The notes beneath the pieces are model-generated. The model did not search any database, had not been told where the DNA came from, and saw only the letters and a list, made by a program, of their open reading frames with translations. The position numbers and the translations under genes are program-made. From a candidate division FCPU426 bacterium (lineage in GTDB: Bacteria; Oederibacteriota; Muellerivitia; Muellerivitales; Muellerivitaceae), in assembly GCA_963771075.1 (NCBI GenBank), contig CAVYSE010000017.1, positions 64,001 to 128,000 on the forward strand: a DNA stretch of 64,000 nucleotides. The letters are read 5' to 3'. Numbering within the stretch: the first letter of the stretch is position 1; each line of letters begins with the position of its first letter. Of the stretch, positions 1-9,713 are shown in pieces.

Positions 1-57
1 GAATTCGTCCGTGGAAAATGAGGGTTTGCGGGCCCGTCCCTCCGTAAAAAATACTGA
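1..57. promoter_or_regulatory. Duplicated regulatory element, copy 1 (may extend beyond the window's left edge)
   Basis: Aligns ungapped with 7527-7583 at 46/57 identity. Conserved blocks are GAATTCGTCCGTGGAAAA and CTCCGTAAAAA(A/G)TACTGA. Both copies are intergenic. Confidence 0.7.
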
Positions 58-276
58 AGACTCTGGAGTTTCATCCCTCTTTTCGTCCCCAAGCGCCCGC
101 TTCGCCCGGACGCCCGCCATCTAGGAAATCCTTGGCGGAAAACAGTAAGATGAAGGAGCGAAACCCTTTTGCGGGCGAAACGGCTTTTGTGCCTTGGTGG
201 AGACCGCGGGGTGGGTATGAAGCCGCGAACCGGGGAGTAAGCCCTCACCCCTAGAGATCAAAAAGGTTGAATCGCC

Positions 277-1326
277 ATGAAACCCAACGGTCCATCCCCC
301 GAGCCTTCAGCGCATCCGGCCCGGCCCGGCCTGAAGACGGCCTTCTCCGGTTTTTTCACCCGCCGCAACCTGGTCTGGATCTTTTTGGGTTTCGCGGTGG
401 GAGGCTTCGCCCTTTTCCAGTCCGTCCGGTATTCCTTTCTTCCCGACGGCCTGAACGAACCCGTCATCCAGGGGCCGCTGGATCTGCAGGAACCCCCGGT
501 CCAAGCCTCCGCGCCCCCGCCCGGCGTGAACCCGGGGAACAACCCGGCCTTCCGGATGGCCGTGGCGCCCCTGATCTCCCCCGAAAATTCCTTCACCCTC
601 TATTCACCCTTCGTGAAATACCTGGCGGAACAGTTGGGAAAAAAACCCCAATTGATCCAGCGGCAAACCAACGCGGAGGTGAACGAACTGGTGCGGGACA
701 ACGACTGCGACATCGCCATCGTCGGCGATTACGCCTACATGCGGGGAGAGCGGGATTTCGGCATGACAGCCTTGGTGGTTCCGCAAATAAAGGGGGCCGT
801 CACCTACCAATCTTACATCCTGGTCTCCAAATCCTCCCAAGCCCGGTCCCTGCTCGACTTGAAAGGCGAGAAATTCGCCTCGGCGGACATCCTGTCCAAC
901 ACGGGCTGGCTCTTTCCCGCCGTTTGGTTGAAAGAACACGGGCAGGACCCGGACCATTTCTTCCTCAAACACCTGATCACCGGCAGCAATGACCGGTCGA
1001 TTCAAGCGGTCATGGAGGGCCTGGCGGATGGCGCGGCGGTGAACAGCCAGGTTTACGACCTGGCCGCCGCGAAAAACCCCCTCATCCCATCCTCCACCCG
1101 CATCATTCAAAAATCCCCCCTCTACGGCGCCCCCCCCATCGTCATATCCAGGAACATGGATCCCAAATGGAGGGACGCGATCCTGCAGGCCCTCCTGGGC
1201 ATGCACCTAGACCCGATCGGGCGCATCATTCTTTCCTGCCTCAAGATCGACCGGTACCGGATTCCCGCCCCCGGGCTCTATGACAGCGTTCGCGCCAACG
1301 CGAAATATTTCGAGGCGGCCCCATGA
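277..1326 (+). CDS. PhnD/AioX-like periplasmic oxyanion-binding protein, N-terminal membrane anchor
   Basis: TM segment LVWIFLGFAVGGFALF; family-like motifs YQSYILV, LKGEKFASADILSNTG, AVMEGLADGAAV, PPIV. Overlaps the kinase start (ATGA). No ABC permease nearby. Confidence 0.85.
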   Translation: MKPNGPSPEPSAHPARPGLKTAFSGFFTRRNLVWIFLGFAVGGFALFQSVRYSFLPDGLNEPVIQGPLDLQEPPVQASAPPPGVNPGNNPAFRMAVAPLISPENSFTLYSPFVKYLAEQLGKKPQLIQRQTNAEVNELVRDNDCDIAIVGDYAYMRGERDFGMTALVVPQIKGAVTYQSYILVSKSSQARSLLDLKGEKFASADILSNTGWLFPAVWLKEHGQDPDHFFLKHLITGSNDRSIQAVMEGLADGAAVNSQVYDLAAAKNPLIPSSTRIIQKSPLYGAPPIVISRNMDPKWRDAILQALLGMHLDPIGRIILSCLKIDRYRIPAPGLYDSVRANAKYFEAAP

Positions 1327-2783
1327 AGGGCGCTCCCGCGAGAACCCGGCCCCACCTTGGGTGGGTGCGCCGCGTCTTATCGGTTCCCATTTTCTGGAAA
1401 GTCCTGGGCATCGGGATGGTGGTGGCGATGCTGTTCGGGTCCGTGACCTTCTGGCAGTCGCGCACCTCCACGTTGAAAATCCTCCACCGGAATCTCACCC
1501 AGCGTTCGCTCGAGCTGGCCCGCTCCCTGGCCGTCCAGGTGGAATTGCCCCTCTTAATTGACAACACGATGTACATCCAGGAGATCCTGGCCCATTACAT
1601 GGAAACCATACCCGATATCCGCTATATCGTCGTCCACGACACCACGGGAAAAATCGTGGCCCATACCTTCCGCCAGGGCGTTCCGGAAAGCCTGCTCAAG
1701 GCTGAAACCATCCCCCCCGGGCAGGAAAGCCTTTCACGGGTCTTCACCAACTCCAACGGCCTGCTTTTCGATACGGTTTATCCCATCCTCCAGAACCAGG
1801 CGGGCGAGCTCGAGGTGGCGCTGACGGACCAGTCGGTCGTGGGCCAATTGTCCATGTTGAGCCGGGCCATTCTCTGGACCCTGGTTTTTTGCGTGGTCGT
1901 GGGGATCGGCTTGGCCTGGGTCCTGACCCACGTATTGACCCTGCCCCTCCACCACCTGGACCAGGCCGCCCATACCCTGGGCGAGGGAACATTCTCCGCC
2001 AAGTCGGAGATTTTTTACGACGATGAGATTGGGCGTCTGGCCTCCACCTTCAACCAAATGGCGAGCAACCTGGAAAAATACCGCCGGGAAATACTCGAGA
2101 AGGATAAAACCAGGCTCTTCCTTCTGGACAAGATCGTGCGGGCCCAGGAGGAGGAGCGCCGGACGATCTCCCGGGAACTCCACGACCAGATGGGCCAATC
2201 GCTTTCCGCGATCCTTTTCTCCCTTCAATCCGAAGGCAAATCCGGGGACGGCTCCCCCGGCAGCCACAAGCCCTTGGAAGTCAAATTGCGCGCACTCATT
2301 GGGGACGTCCAGAAGCTGGCCTGGAATATGCGCCCTTCCATCTTGGATGATTACGGGTTGGATTCGAGCCTGGCGCGTTACGCCGAGGAAATGTCCCGGC
2401 AGTTGGGAATCCCCATCGATTACCAACACCTGGGCCCCCCGGAGCACCACCGGTTACCGGAGCGCGTGGAAACCACCCTTTACCGCATCACCCAGGAAGC
2501 CGTCACCAACATCGCGAGACACGCGGCCGCCACCCGCGCCAGTATCGTGGTGATCCATCAGCTTGATAATGTGACCCTTTTGGTGGAGGATAACGGCCGC
2601 GGGTTCAAGGCCGACGATAAGGCGAAAGACGGGCTCCATAGCCTGGGGCTCACGGGCATGAGGGAAAGAGCCGGACTTCTGGGCGGGACCTGTGTCGTGG
2701 AGTCCGAGGTGGGAAAGGGTACCGCCGTGCGGATTCAAATACCCCTGGAAAAGGAGATGGGCTCATGGCAATCCGCGTCCTGA
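1323..2783 (+). CDS. HAMP-domain sensor histidine kinase (NarX/HisKA_3 type)
   Basis: Two TM helices, HAMP (DEIGRLASTFNQM), H-box EERRTISRELHD, N-box QEAVTNIARH, G-boxes DNGRGF and GLTGMRER. Confidence 0.95.
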   Translation: MKGAPARTRPHLGWVRRVLSVPIFWKVLGIGMVVAMLFGSVTFWQSRTSTLKILHRNLTQRSLELARSLAVQVELPLLIDNTMYIQEILAHYMETIPDIRYIVVHDTTGKIVAHTFRQGVPESLLKAETIPPGQESLSRVFTNSNGLLFDTVYPILQNQAGELEVALTDQSVVGQLSMLSRAILWTLVFCVVVGIGLAWVLTHVLTLPLHHLDQAAHTLGEGTFSAKSEIFYDDEIGRLASTFNQMASNLEKYRREILEKDKTRLFLLDKIVRAQEEERRTISRELHDQMGQSLSAILFSLQSEGKSGDGSPGSHKPLEVKLRALIGDVQKLAWNMRPSILDDYGLDSSLARYAEEMSRQLGIPIDYQHLGPPEHHRLPERVETTLYRITQEAVTNIARHAAATRASIVVIHQLDNVTLLVEDNGRGFKADDKAKDGLHSLGLTGMRERAGLLGGTCVVESEVGKGTAVRIQIPLEKEMGSWQSAS

Positions 2784-3418
2784 TCGCCGACGACCATGCG
2801 GTCTTTCGCAGCGGCCTCAAGGCCCTTTTGGAAAAAGAAAAGGATATCACCGTGGTGGGGGAAACGGGGACGGGCCTGGAGACCATCAAGACCGCGGCCA
2901 AGACCCCACTGGACGTGCTTTTACTCGATATCAGCCTTCCCGACATCCCGGGCTCCAAGGTGGCCGAATCGGTTTTGCAGGATCATCCCCAAATGGCGAT
3001 CGTTATCTTGACCATGCACGCGGACGAATATTACCTTCAGGAAATGCTGAAAATCGGGGTTCGAGGTTACATGCTTAAAAAATCATCGGGAGCGGATTTG
3101 ATCCAGGCCATCCGGGCCGCCCACCGGGGCGAATCCTACCTGGACCCCGCCTTGGCTTCCAATGTCATCAACTCTTACGTAGGCGCCGGAAAAGGAAAAA
3201 GAAAAACGGGGCGGTTGGACCTTTTGACCCGCAGGGAGCAGGAAATATGCGCCTTGCTGGCGTTCGGCCACACGAACGGGGAAATTGCCGAAAAACTTTC
3301 CATTTCCGAGCGGACGGTGGAAACTCACCGCGTCAACATCCTTTCGAAACTGGGGCTCAAAAGTCGGGCCGAATTGGTTCGGTTCGCCATCGACAACAGC
3401 CTGGTGAAGTTCACATAG
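2765..3418 (+). CDS. NarL/LuxR-family response regulator
   Basis: Receiver motifs IADDH, LLDISLP, LTMH; HTH LTRREQEI...IAEKLSISERTVETHRVNILSKL. Confidence 0.95.
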   Translation: MAIRVLIADDHAVFRSGLKALLEKEKDITVVGETGTGLETIKTAAKTPLDVLLLDISLPDIPGSKVAESVLQDHPQMAIVILTMHADEYYLQEMLKIGVRGYMLKKSSGADLIQAIRAAHRGESYLDPALASNVINSYVGAGKGKRKTGRLDLLTRREQEICALLAFGHTNGEIAEKLSISERTVETHRVNILSKLGLKSRAELVRFAIDNSLVKFT

Positions 3419-3527
3419 CCGGCTTTTCAATGACAACCTAAAAACCTATTGGAATTGTTTTTTCCGGTGCCACGAACCCTTTCGGGGCGACCCCACAAGG
3501 GTTGGCCCCCGGTTCAAGTCACCCGCC

Positions 3528-4390
3528 TTATTTTTTTATCATAAAAGGCACGATGAGCGAGTCATAGGCTTGGCTCCAAACCCGGTATCGCTCATCCGCG
3601 TCCTTCGAGGTCATCAACTCGTTGACCCTTTCCTCCGGCATGAAATTCTTGTTCGAATTCAAGACGTCGATTTTCAACTGTTCGTTCAGGACGTCGTCTT
3701 GGTAAGGCAGGGATAATTTCTGGCAATGGTTGATCCAGACATTCTCATAAAAATTCCAGGCGTCCTTCCGGGTTTCCTGTTCCACCAGGTCCTGCTCCAG
3801 GATAAACGTATCGCGGCCGATCTTGCCATGCAAGGCCCGCTGGCACACCTTGATGTACGCGGCAGATTTTCTGGCGTTGAAAAGCTCGAAAATCGTTTGG
3901 TACCACAACATGGGGCCGTCTTTGGATTTTCCCTTCAGTTCAGCCTGGTCTTTCAGCGAGCCGACGCCTCCGTAATCTTTGGAAATATAAATGTGGATCT
4001 TGGAATCTGGCGGCCCAAAGGTGACGCCCCCGTCCAGGTCGGCATCCTGCGGGTTGGAAGGCGATGGATCCCACTGAACCTCGACTCGTGAAATTTCCCC
4101 CGCGAATTGCCGGACGGTCCAGTTCCAGAGGTCATCCCCCACGTTGATATAGGGCGCCATGACGGGCCGGTCTTTGAGCATTTTCCGCAATTGCTTTTCC
4201 CCCCACTTCAACCGCTCCGGGGATAAGTCGCGGGGGGTTCCGTAGATGAGTTTGATTTCATCATCGCACCATTGATTGACTTGTTGGGGGCTCAAACCGC
4301 CCCATACCCCCGCTTCTTTGCAAAAAGACGGGTGGGGGAAAAAAGAAGGCCCCCTACACACAAGCCTAATAGAATCGCCGTTCGCTTCAT
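3528..4390 (-). pseudogene. Secreted hypothetical protein with an apparent 1-nt frameshift after the signal peptide (pseudogene or sequence error)
   Basis: ATG at 4390 gives MKRTAILLGLCVGGLLFSPTRLFA (signal-peptide-like) and soon stops. The long ORF (..KEAGVWGGLSPQQ..) continues in the adjacent frame to 3528. Confidence 0.5.
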
Positions 4391-4535
4391 TCCAGTACTT
4401 TTCATGATGAATCGCCTCGCTTTCTTGGAACGCTTTTCTAGATTTCTTTCATTCAGAATTTGAGCGGGACCAGATTTCCCATAAACCGCAAGGCCGCGTC
4501 ATATTGTAAACCTGCCGTCCTCGGTCCTTCTTTTT

Positions 4536-5735
4536 TTAAGAGCTTTTCTTGGTTGAAGAAAGCCACGGGGGCAAGAGACGGGTCAAGACCCAAAGAATCA
4601 AGAAGGGCAGGATCAAAAGGAACCCGGCGATCAAAAACCCTTCCCGGCCCCATAATTCGGGTTCAAAGGTTCGAAGGCCCTCCCAACTCTTGGAAAAAAG
4701 CTGGCCTCCGATGACCATATTACAACGGTCCGCGAACACGCCGATGAGCACGAGGAAGGCGGAAACCAAATGGAACCACTCCCGCGTTTTTTCGGGAATT
4801 TTGAAGGCCTGGGTGCTGCCCAAGAGGGCGAGGGGCAAAAGCGTCCCCAGGCCTAATTGGATGACGATCAGGGATTGGAATAACTTCTCAAAAACCAGCT
4901 GGAACAGGATATTAAGGGATTCTTCCGAAGCGTAAAACCGGTGGGCCCCATCCAGCCCTTCCAGGGCAAAATCCACGATCAAGAGGTAAAAAAGAAATTT
5001 CCCCATCACGTCCAGGCAGGGCATTTGGAGGGGCACTTTCCGTATGAGGCTGGTCACAAAATAAACCACCATCATCAGGGCGATGCCCGAAACAATGGCG
5101 GAAAACATGAAGTTCACCGACATCATGGCCGACCCCCACCAGGGGTTGGATTTGACGGTGCTGAAAATGAGGGCCACATAGCCCGGCAGGAATAAGGCCG
5201 CCGGAATGCCGATGGTCCCGATCACCTTTCCCGCCTTTTGGTCGATGGCCAGGGCTTTTTCGGAAGTGTCCTTCACCCCGAGCGTAAGCAGGCCATAAAA
5301 TCGGCCCATCCATCCGGGTTTGGTTTTGGAAAACCCCACCAAGTCCGCCCGGTAGTTGTACCAAATCTCCAGGAACATCACGATCAAATAGGCCCCATAA
5401 ACGAACCCAAACATGGCCATGGGGGATGTCCAATGCGGGGTGATCAGAATTTCAAAACCCCTCAAGGGGTGTTCCAGGTGGAACAAGAGCGGGAGAGGCG
5501 CGACCAGGAGCAGGGAAAGGGAGGTTAGCATCGCCAGGCGTTGAATGGGCCTGATGTCATGAAACTTGAAAACCTTCTCCAGGGAAACCAGGATGAATGC
5601 ACCCGCCTCCAGGCCCACCAAATAGGGATAGATCACGATCAGGATGCTCCAAATCAATACCGACTCATTGGGGTAAATGTAACCCATGATCGGATGGAAA
5701 GGTTCGAAGAGGGACCGCCCCGTTTGGATATCCAT
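4536..5735 (-). CDS. NrfD/PsrC-family quinone-interacting membrane subunit
   Basis: WSILIVIYPYLVGLEAG, HLEHPLR, TSPM motifs; multiple TM helices. Start moved to 5735 (TAATG coupling with upstream gene). Confidence 0.9.
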   Translation of the reverse strand: MDIQTGRSLFEPFHPIMGYIYPNESVLIWSILIVIYPYLVGLEAGAFILVSLEKVFKFHDIRPIQRLAMLTSLSLLLVAPLPLLFHLEHPLRGFEILITPHWTSPMAMFGFVYGAYLIVMFLEIWYNYRADLVGFSKTKPGWMGRFYGLLTLGVKDTSEKALAIDQKAGKVIGTIGIPAALFLPGYVALIFSTVKSNPWWGSAMMSVNFMFSAIVSGIALMMVVYFVTSLIRKVPLQMPCLDVMGKFLFYLLIVDFALEGLDGAHRFYASEESLNILFQLVFEKLFQSLIVIQLGLGTLLPLALLGSTQAFKIPEKTREWFHLVSAFLVLIGVFADRCNMVIGGQLFSKSWEGLRTFEPELWGREGFLIAGFLLILPFLILWVLTRLLPPWLSSTKKSS

Positions 5736-6520
5736 TATTTCACCGCCATATCGAGGCCCACGTAGTAAACCTTCGGTTGGGTCCCCATGTAGGGTTTCAA
5801 CACCTGGATCTGGTTCTCCGCCAGGAAGGCATGGATGGGGCTTTGGGGGTCCTTCAGGTCGCCGAATTTCCGGGTGCCTGTGGGACAAACCTCCACGCAG
5901 GCCGGCTGGAGTCCGCGAGTAATCCGGTGGTAGCAAAAGGTGCACTTCTCGGCGGAGTGGGTGATCGGGCTGAAGAACCGGCAGCCGTAAGGACAGGTCT
6001 CCACGCAGAAACCGCAGCCGATGCAGTAATTGGTATCCACCAGGTCCACCCCATCCGGGGAACGGAAGGTGGCTCCCGTCGGACAAACCTGGGAGCAGGG
6101 GGAATTCGCGCAATGGTTGCACATTTTAGGCAGGAAAAAGGTCCGGTCCTCCCCTTGAAGCTTGGCGATGGGCGGAAAGCCATCCTTCCCCCCGTTGGGC
6201 GAGTCGATATAAACCACTTGGCCGTTCCTTGCCTCGTACCTTTCCACCCAGGTCCTGAAATAATGGGGCTCGTCGGGCACGCCATTTTCCGCCTTGCAGG
6301 CGGCCACGCAGCTTCCGCACCCAATGCACTTCTCCACGTCAATGCAGTAGCACCAATTATGGTCCTCGGGTTTGTAGCCTTCCGGAAGGACATCGGCGCC
6401 CCGGGCCTTTCGCGGGGCCCAGAAAAACAAGCCCGAGAGAACGGAAGACACCACTGCGGAACATTTCAAGGCCAACTTCATGAACTGCCTGCGGGAGAGG
6501 GTCTCGGTCACCAGTTTCAT
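5735..6520 (-). CDS. Tat-exported 4x[4Fe-4S] electron-transfer subunit (NrfC/PsrB/DsrO-like)
   Basis: Twin-arginine SRRQFMK; Cys groups CIGCGSCVAAC, CNHCANSPCSQVCP, CIGCGFCVETCP, CTFC..CVEVCP. Start 6520 gives ATGA overlap. Confidence 0.92.
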   Translation of the reverse strand: MKLVTETLSRRQFMKLALKCSAVVSSVLSGLFFWAPRKARGADVLPEGYKPEDHNWCYCIDVEKCIGCGSCVAACKAENGVPDEPHYFRTWVERYEARNGQVVYIDSPNGGKDGFPPIAKLQGEDRTFFLPKMCNHCANSPCSQVCPTGATFRSPDGVDLVDTNYCIGCGFCVETCPYGCRFFSPITHSAEKCTFCYHRITRGLQPACVEVCPTGTRKFGDLKDPQSPIHAFLAENQIQVLKPYMGTQPKVYYVGLDMAVK

Positions 6521-6963
6521 GGGTTCTCCGGATGATGGGGATTGTGACAGCTCAGGCAATCCACGTCGGGATTATGCTCGGCCTCGATCACCTGGGGAAA
6601 GGACTTCCGGCGAAATTCGTTCATACCGTGGCACTTGAGGCACCGGATATTCGTTAAGGTCGTGACAGGAGCGGAAACGGTGGGATCCTCCACGTGGGCC
6701 TCGGAAGGCCCATGGCAATTTTCGCAGCTGATGCCGGCGTGCTTGGAATGGTTGATTTCCTTCACCTTTGCGTCATGGCAATCCACGCAGGCTTTTTTGC
6801 CCGCAAAATGGATGGGTTTGGACGCTAGCTCGCCCAAAGCCGCACCCCGGTAATGGCCGTATTGACCAAAGGAAGCCGGATAAAAATAAGCCCGAACCAC
6901 CAGGAAAAGCACAAGCAGGGTCAGCACGATCACGAAGGGTTTCCAGATTTGCTCGGGAATCAT
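6517..6963 (-). CDS. Membrane-anchored small tetraheme cytochrome c
   Basis: Four CxxCH motifs (CVDCH, CENCH, CLKCH, CLSCH), N-terminal TM helix. GGAG precedes ATG 6963; alternative start 6978. Confidence 0.9.
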   Translation of the reverse strand: MIPEQIWKPFVIVLTLLVLFLVVRAYFYPASFGQYGHYRGAALGELASKPIHFAGKKACVDCHDAKVKEINHSKHAGISCENCHGPSEAHVEDPTVSAPVTTLTNIRCLKCHGMNEFRRKSFPQVIEAEHNPDVDCLSCHNPHHPENP

Positions 6964-7050
6964 TTTTACTCCGCCCATAGGGGGTGAATCGGTCTAGGAG
7001 TGGAATAAAGCCCCACCCCAGCGCGACAGCCGACCACCCGATGATTTCGA

Positions 7051-7419
7051 TTACTTCGTAGCCGCTATCCCCTGCAAGGAACGGAGATATTGGACCACAT
7101 CGGCGATTTCTTGCGCTGTCAGCTTGCCCGTGTATTTCGGCATTTTTTTCTTGCCGACGGCGATGGACTTGGCGGTGGCCTCGTCGGTCAATTTCACCAC
7201 GGTGGGCCGGGTCATATCCAAGGACGAGGGGTCCACTTTCAAAAGCGTGGACATCTTGACCACGCCCTTGGCGTCCTTGCCATGGCACGAAGCACACTTG
7301 GCGCCATAATTTTGCTGGGCCGCCGTCAGGTCCGCCCCTTGGGCGTAAGTGGAGTTGAAAAGAAGGACTGATAGAAGAATGCCTAAAAACACCACGATTT
7401 CCCGGATGTGCTGTTTCAT
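7051..7419 (-). CDS. Periplasmic class I monoheme cytochrome c
   Basis: Signal peptide, CASCH, distal Met in KKMPKY, C-terminal EIADVVQYLRSL; AGGAGA RBS. Confidence 0.92.
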   Translation of the reverse strand: MKQHIREIVVFLGILLSVLLFNSTYAQGADLTAAQQNYGAKCASCHGKDAKGVVKMSTLLKVDPSSLDMTRPTVVKLTDEATAKSIAVGKKKMPKYTGKLTAQEIADVVQYLRSLQGIAATK

Positions 7420-7526
7420 TTTTTTCTCCTGTTGAAAATGATGTAAACCTTGGATAAAAAGAGCGCGTTTGGTTGAATTAAAAACCTTTGCCTTTTGTTG
7501 AACGAATTCTACTCACGGGAAAAAAA

Positions 7527-7583
7527 GAATTCGTCCGTGGAAAAGGACGTTTTGTGGCCTGCGCGCTCCGTAAAAAGTACTGA
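7527..7583. promoter_or_regulatory. Duplicated regulatory element, copy 2, upstream of the cytochrome operon
   Basis: 46/57 identity to 1-57; includes imperfect palindrome TCCGTA-N5-TACTGA; about 108 bp upstream of the ATG at 7419. Confidence 0.7.
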
Positions 7584-8014
7584 CCCAGCGGCGTTCGATA
7601 CCTGTTTTCTCCCGAATGGGCTTTCCCGCACGGCCCCGAAGCGTCCCGGAAACCCCTGCGGATCATAATGTGATAAGTGAAAAGGACGAGCTATCGGGAG
7701 CGGCGGGCCTTTTTCCTTCTTTGTATAAATGGCAGGAAGGGAATGAAACCATGGGCCGCGATTAAATGGGTTGTCGCCAGCAGACAGCTAAAAAGCAAAT
7801 GTATGAGCCAAATCCCGATTGATTCCGATATGCAGAGATTTTTCCCACCCATTCTTTTCTTCTCCAGGGTCCGTCTTGATCTTCTCCATTACTTTCTTGA
7901 AACTAATAGCAAGCTTTCGACTGTTGGTTGATAATACCAGCTTCTCATTCGGTTTGCGGCCATGGCCCCCCAAGCAACTGGCCGGTAAATTTCACCTAGG
8001 GAAAGAAGGAAAAA

Positions 8015-9655
8015 ATGAAATTCAAAGCGGTATGGGCATTGTTACTTTTAACCATGCCCCCCCTTTTCGCCGGGGAGCTTGACTTCAAGTCCCTTTCCTT
8101 GGTGCCGATCCAGGAGGGAGGGCGGGTGAAACCACTCGACACCTTCGCGAGGGAAAGCGTCCGTTTGATTACGGGCCATGAGACGTTCGAGGGCCGGCCC
8201 GCGATGGATTTGGCCTGGGATTGGCTTTCCCACCCGCAAGAGTGGGACCGCAAGAATTTTATCCTGGTGGAAAACCTGGATCTCCGGGGCCTTTTGGGTG
8301 TTCCCAAGGATCAAAAATTCGTGTCTCCCCAGGTGTTAAAAAACCAAGAGGATTTCATGGTCTTGGCTCGTTCCAGCTTTGACAAACAGCAGAAAAAAGT
8401 GGCTTTGAACGCCATGGAGCAGGAATCCCTGGAAGTGTTAACGCGTTTAGAGAGTCTGGAGAGCCTGGAATCGGGCGATGCCCTCACCGTGGTCCCTTTT
8501 CCCGATTCTCCTACCCAACCATGGGCCTCCCTGGGGGATTTGCAAAGGGCCCATCAGCAGGACGGCAAAAAGATGCCTGATTCCGCGAGGGAGGTCCTCC
8601 TGGCTTTCGCCGGACTCCTGCAAAGTTATGAAAGCCATGACTTCCCTGAATTTACGAAGAATTCCCATCTTTTTTCCCAGGCCCTGGAAAGGATCGGGGG
8701 CAAGAATTACGCGGATTTCTCGAAAATTTCGCTGGAAGTCCAATTTAACTCATTGAAACCCTTCCAACTGGCCTGGATGATCCACTTGTTCGCCGCCCTT
8801 TTAATGGGGATTTCAGTTCTCTTTCACCTTCCCCGGCTTTTCAAGCCGGGTTTGCTCGTCTTTGCCGCCGGGATTTTGACCAGCGCCTATGGGTTCATCC
8901 TGCGATGCCTGATTGCCGGTCGGCCTCCAGTCTCCAATATGTACGAGTCGCTGATCTGGGTCATCTTCGGAATGACGGTATTCGCGCTCATTTTCGAACT
9001 GGTCACCCATAACCGCCAGTTCGCGCTTTCGGGCGCGATTCTGGCCGTGATCGGTTTCGTGCTGGCCGACAACGTGCCCACCATCATGGATTCCTCCATC
9101 CAGCCGCTCGAGCCGGTATTGCGAAGCAATTTCTGGCTGACCATCCACGTCTTGACCATCACCTTAAGCTACGCCGCATTCTTGCTCTCCCTGGGCATAG
9201 GCCATTTGTGCCTTTGGACGATCTGGAAGCACGGGGAGGACAAAGACAGGCTCCAGAAACAAACCAAAGTCCTTTACCGGGTCGTGCAGGTGGGCGTGGT
9301 GCTGTTGGCGGCAGGAACCATCTTAGGCGGAGTTTGGGCCAGTTACTCCTGGGGAAGGTTTTGGGGTTGGGATCCCAAGGAAACTTGGGCCTTGATCGCC
9401 CTTCTGGGATACGTGGCGATCCTGCATGGCCGCTTGGCGGGATGGCTCCGGGAAGTGGGTTTCACCATCGGCGTGGTGTCGGCATTCCTGGGAGTCCTGA
9501 TGGCCTGGTACGGGGTGAACTTCATTCTCGGCGTGGGTCTTCACAGCTACGGCTTTTCCAAGGGCGGGTTGCCTTACGTCACAACTTTTGTCGCGGTGGA
9601 AATTATTTTAATTGTATTTGTGGGTTTGCAGTCCGCTAAAAAACGGGTTTCCTGA
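8015..9655 (+). CDS. ccsA: Cytochrome c synthetase CcsA/ResC (system II) with N-terminal periplasmic extension
   Basis: WWD motif WASYSWGRFWGWDPKETW, WLTIHV, GLHSY; signal peptide followed by a GRVKPLDTFAR domain. Confidence 0.93.
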   Translation: MKFKAVWALLLLTMPPLFAGELDFKSLSLVPIQEGGRVKPLDTFARESVRLITGHETFEGRPAMDLAWDWLSHPQEWDRKNFILVENLDLRGLLGVPKDQKFVSPQVLKNQEDFMVLARSSFDKQQKKVALNAMEQESLEVLTRLESLESLESGDALTVVPFPDSPTQPWASLGDLQRAHQQDGKKMPDSAREVLLAFAGLLQSYESHDFPEFTKNSHLFSQALERIGGKNYADFSKISLEVQFNSLKPFQLAWMIHLFAALLMGISVLFHLPRLFKPGLLVFAAGILTSAYGFILRCLIAGRPPVSNMYESLIWVIFGMTVFALIFELVTHNRQFALSGAILAVIGFVLADNVPTIMDSSIQPLEPVLRSNFWLTIHVLTITLSYAAFLLSLGIGHLCLWTIWKHGEDKDRLQKQTKVLYRVVQVGVVLLAAGTILGGVWASYSWGRFWGWDPKETWALIALLGYVAILHGRLAGWLREVGFTIGVVSAFLGVLMAWYGVNFILGVGLHSYGFSKGGLPYVTTFVAVEIILIVFVGLQSAKKRVS

Positions 9656-9713
9656 CCGGTTGGATGTTGAAAGCCCCGATGAAAACCCGGCGGCATGATT
9701 CAAGGGGGAACGC

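Noticed and set aside
267..992. 241-aa alternative-frame ORF and the many similar shadow ORFs across the window
   Set aside because: They overlap well-supported genes, have no recognisable motifs, and are expected in GC-rich DNA.
277..1326. Phosphonate/phosphite uptake system
   Set aside because: No permease, ATPase or phn/ptx genes nearby; the gene is coupled to a kinase.
3483..3512. REP-like hairpin GGGGCGACCC-CACAA-GGGTTGGCCCC
   Set aside because: I saw only one copy and no transposase; more simply a terminator between convergent genes.
5736..6122. N-terminal extension of the NrfD-like ORF (528 aa in track)
   Set aside because: Overlaps the Fe-S gene; TAATG coupling supports start 5735.
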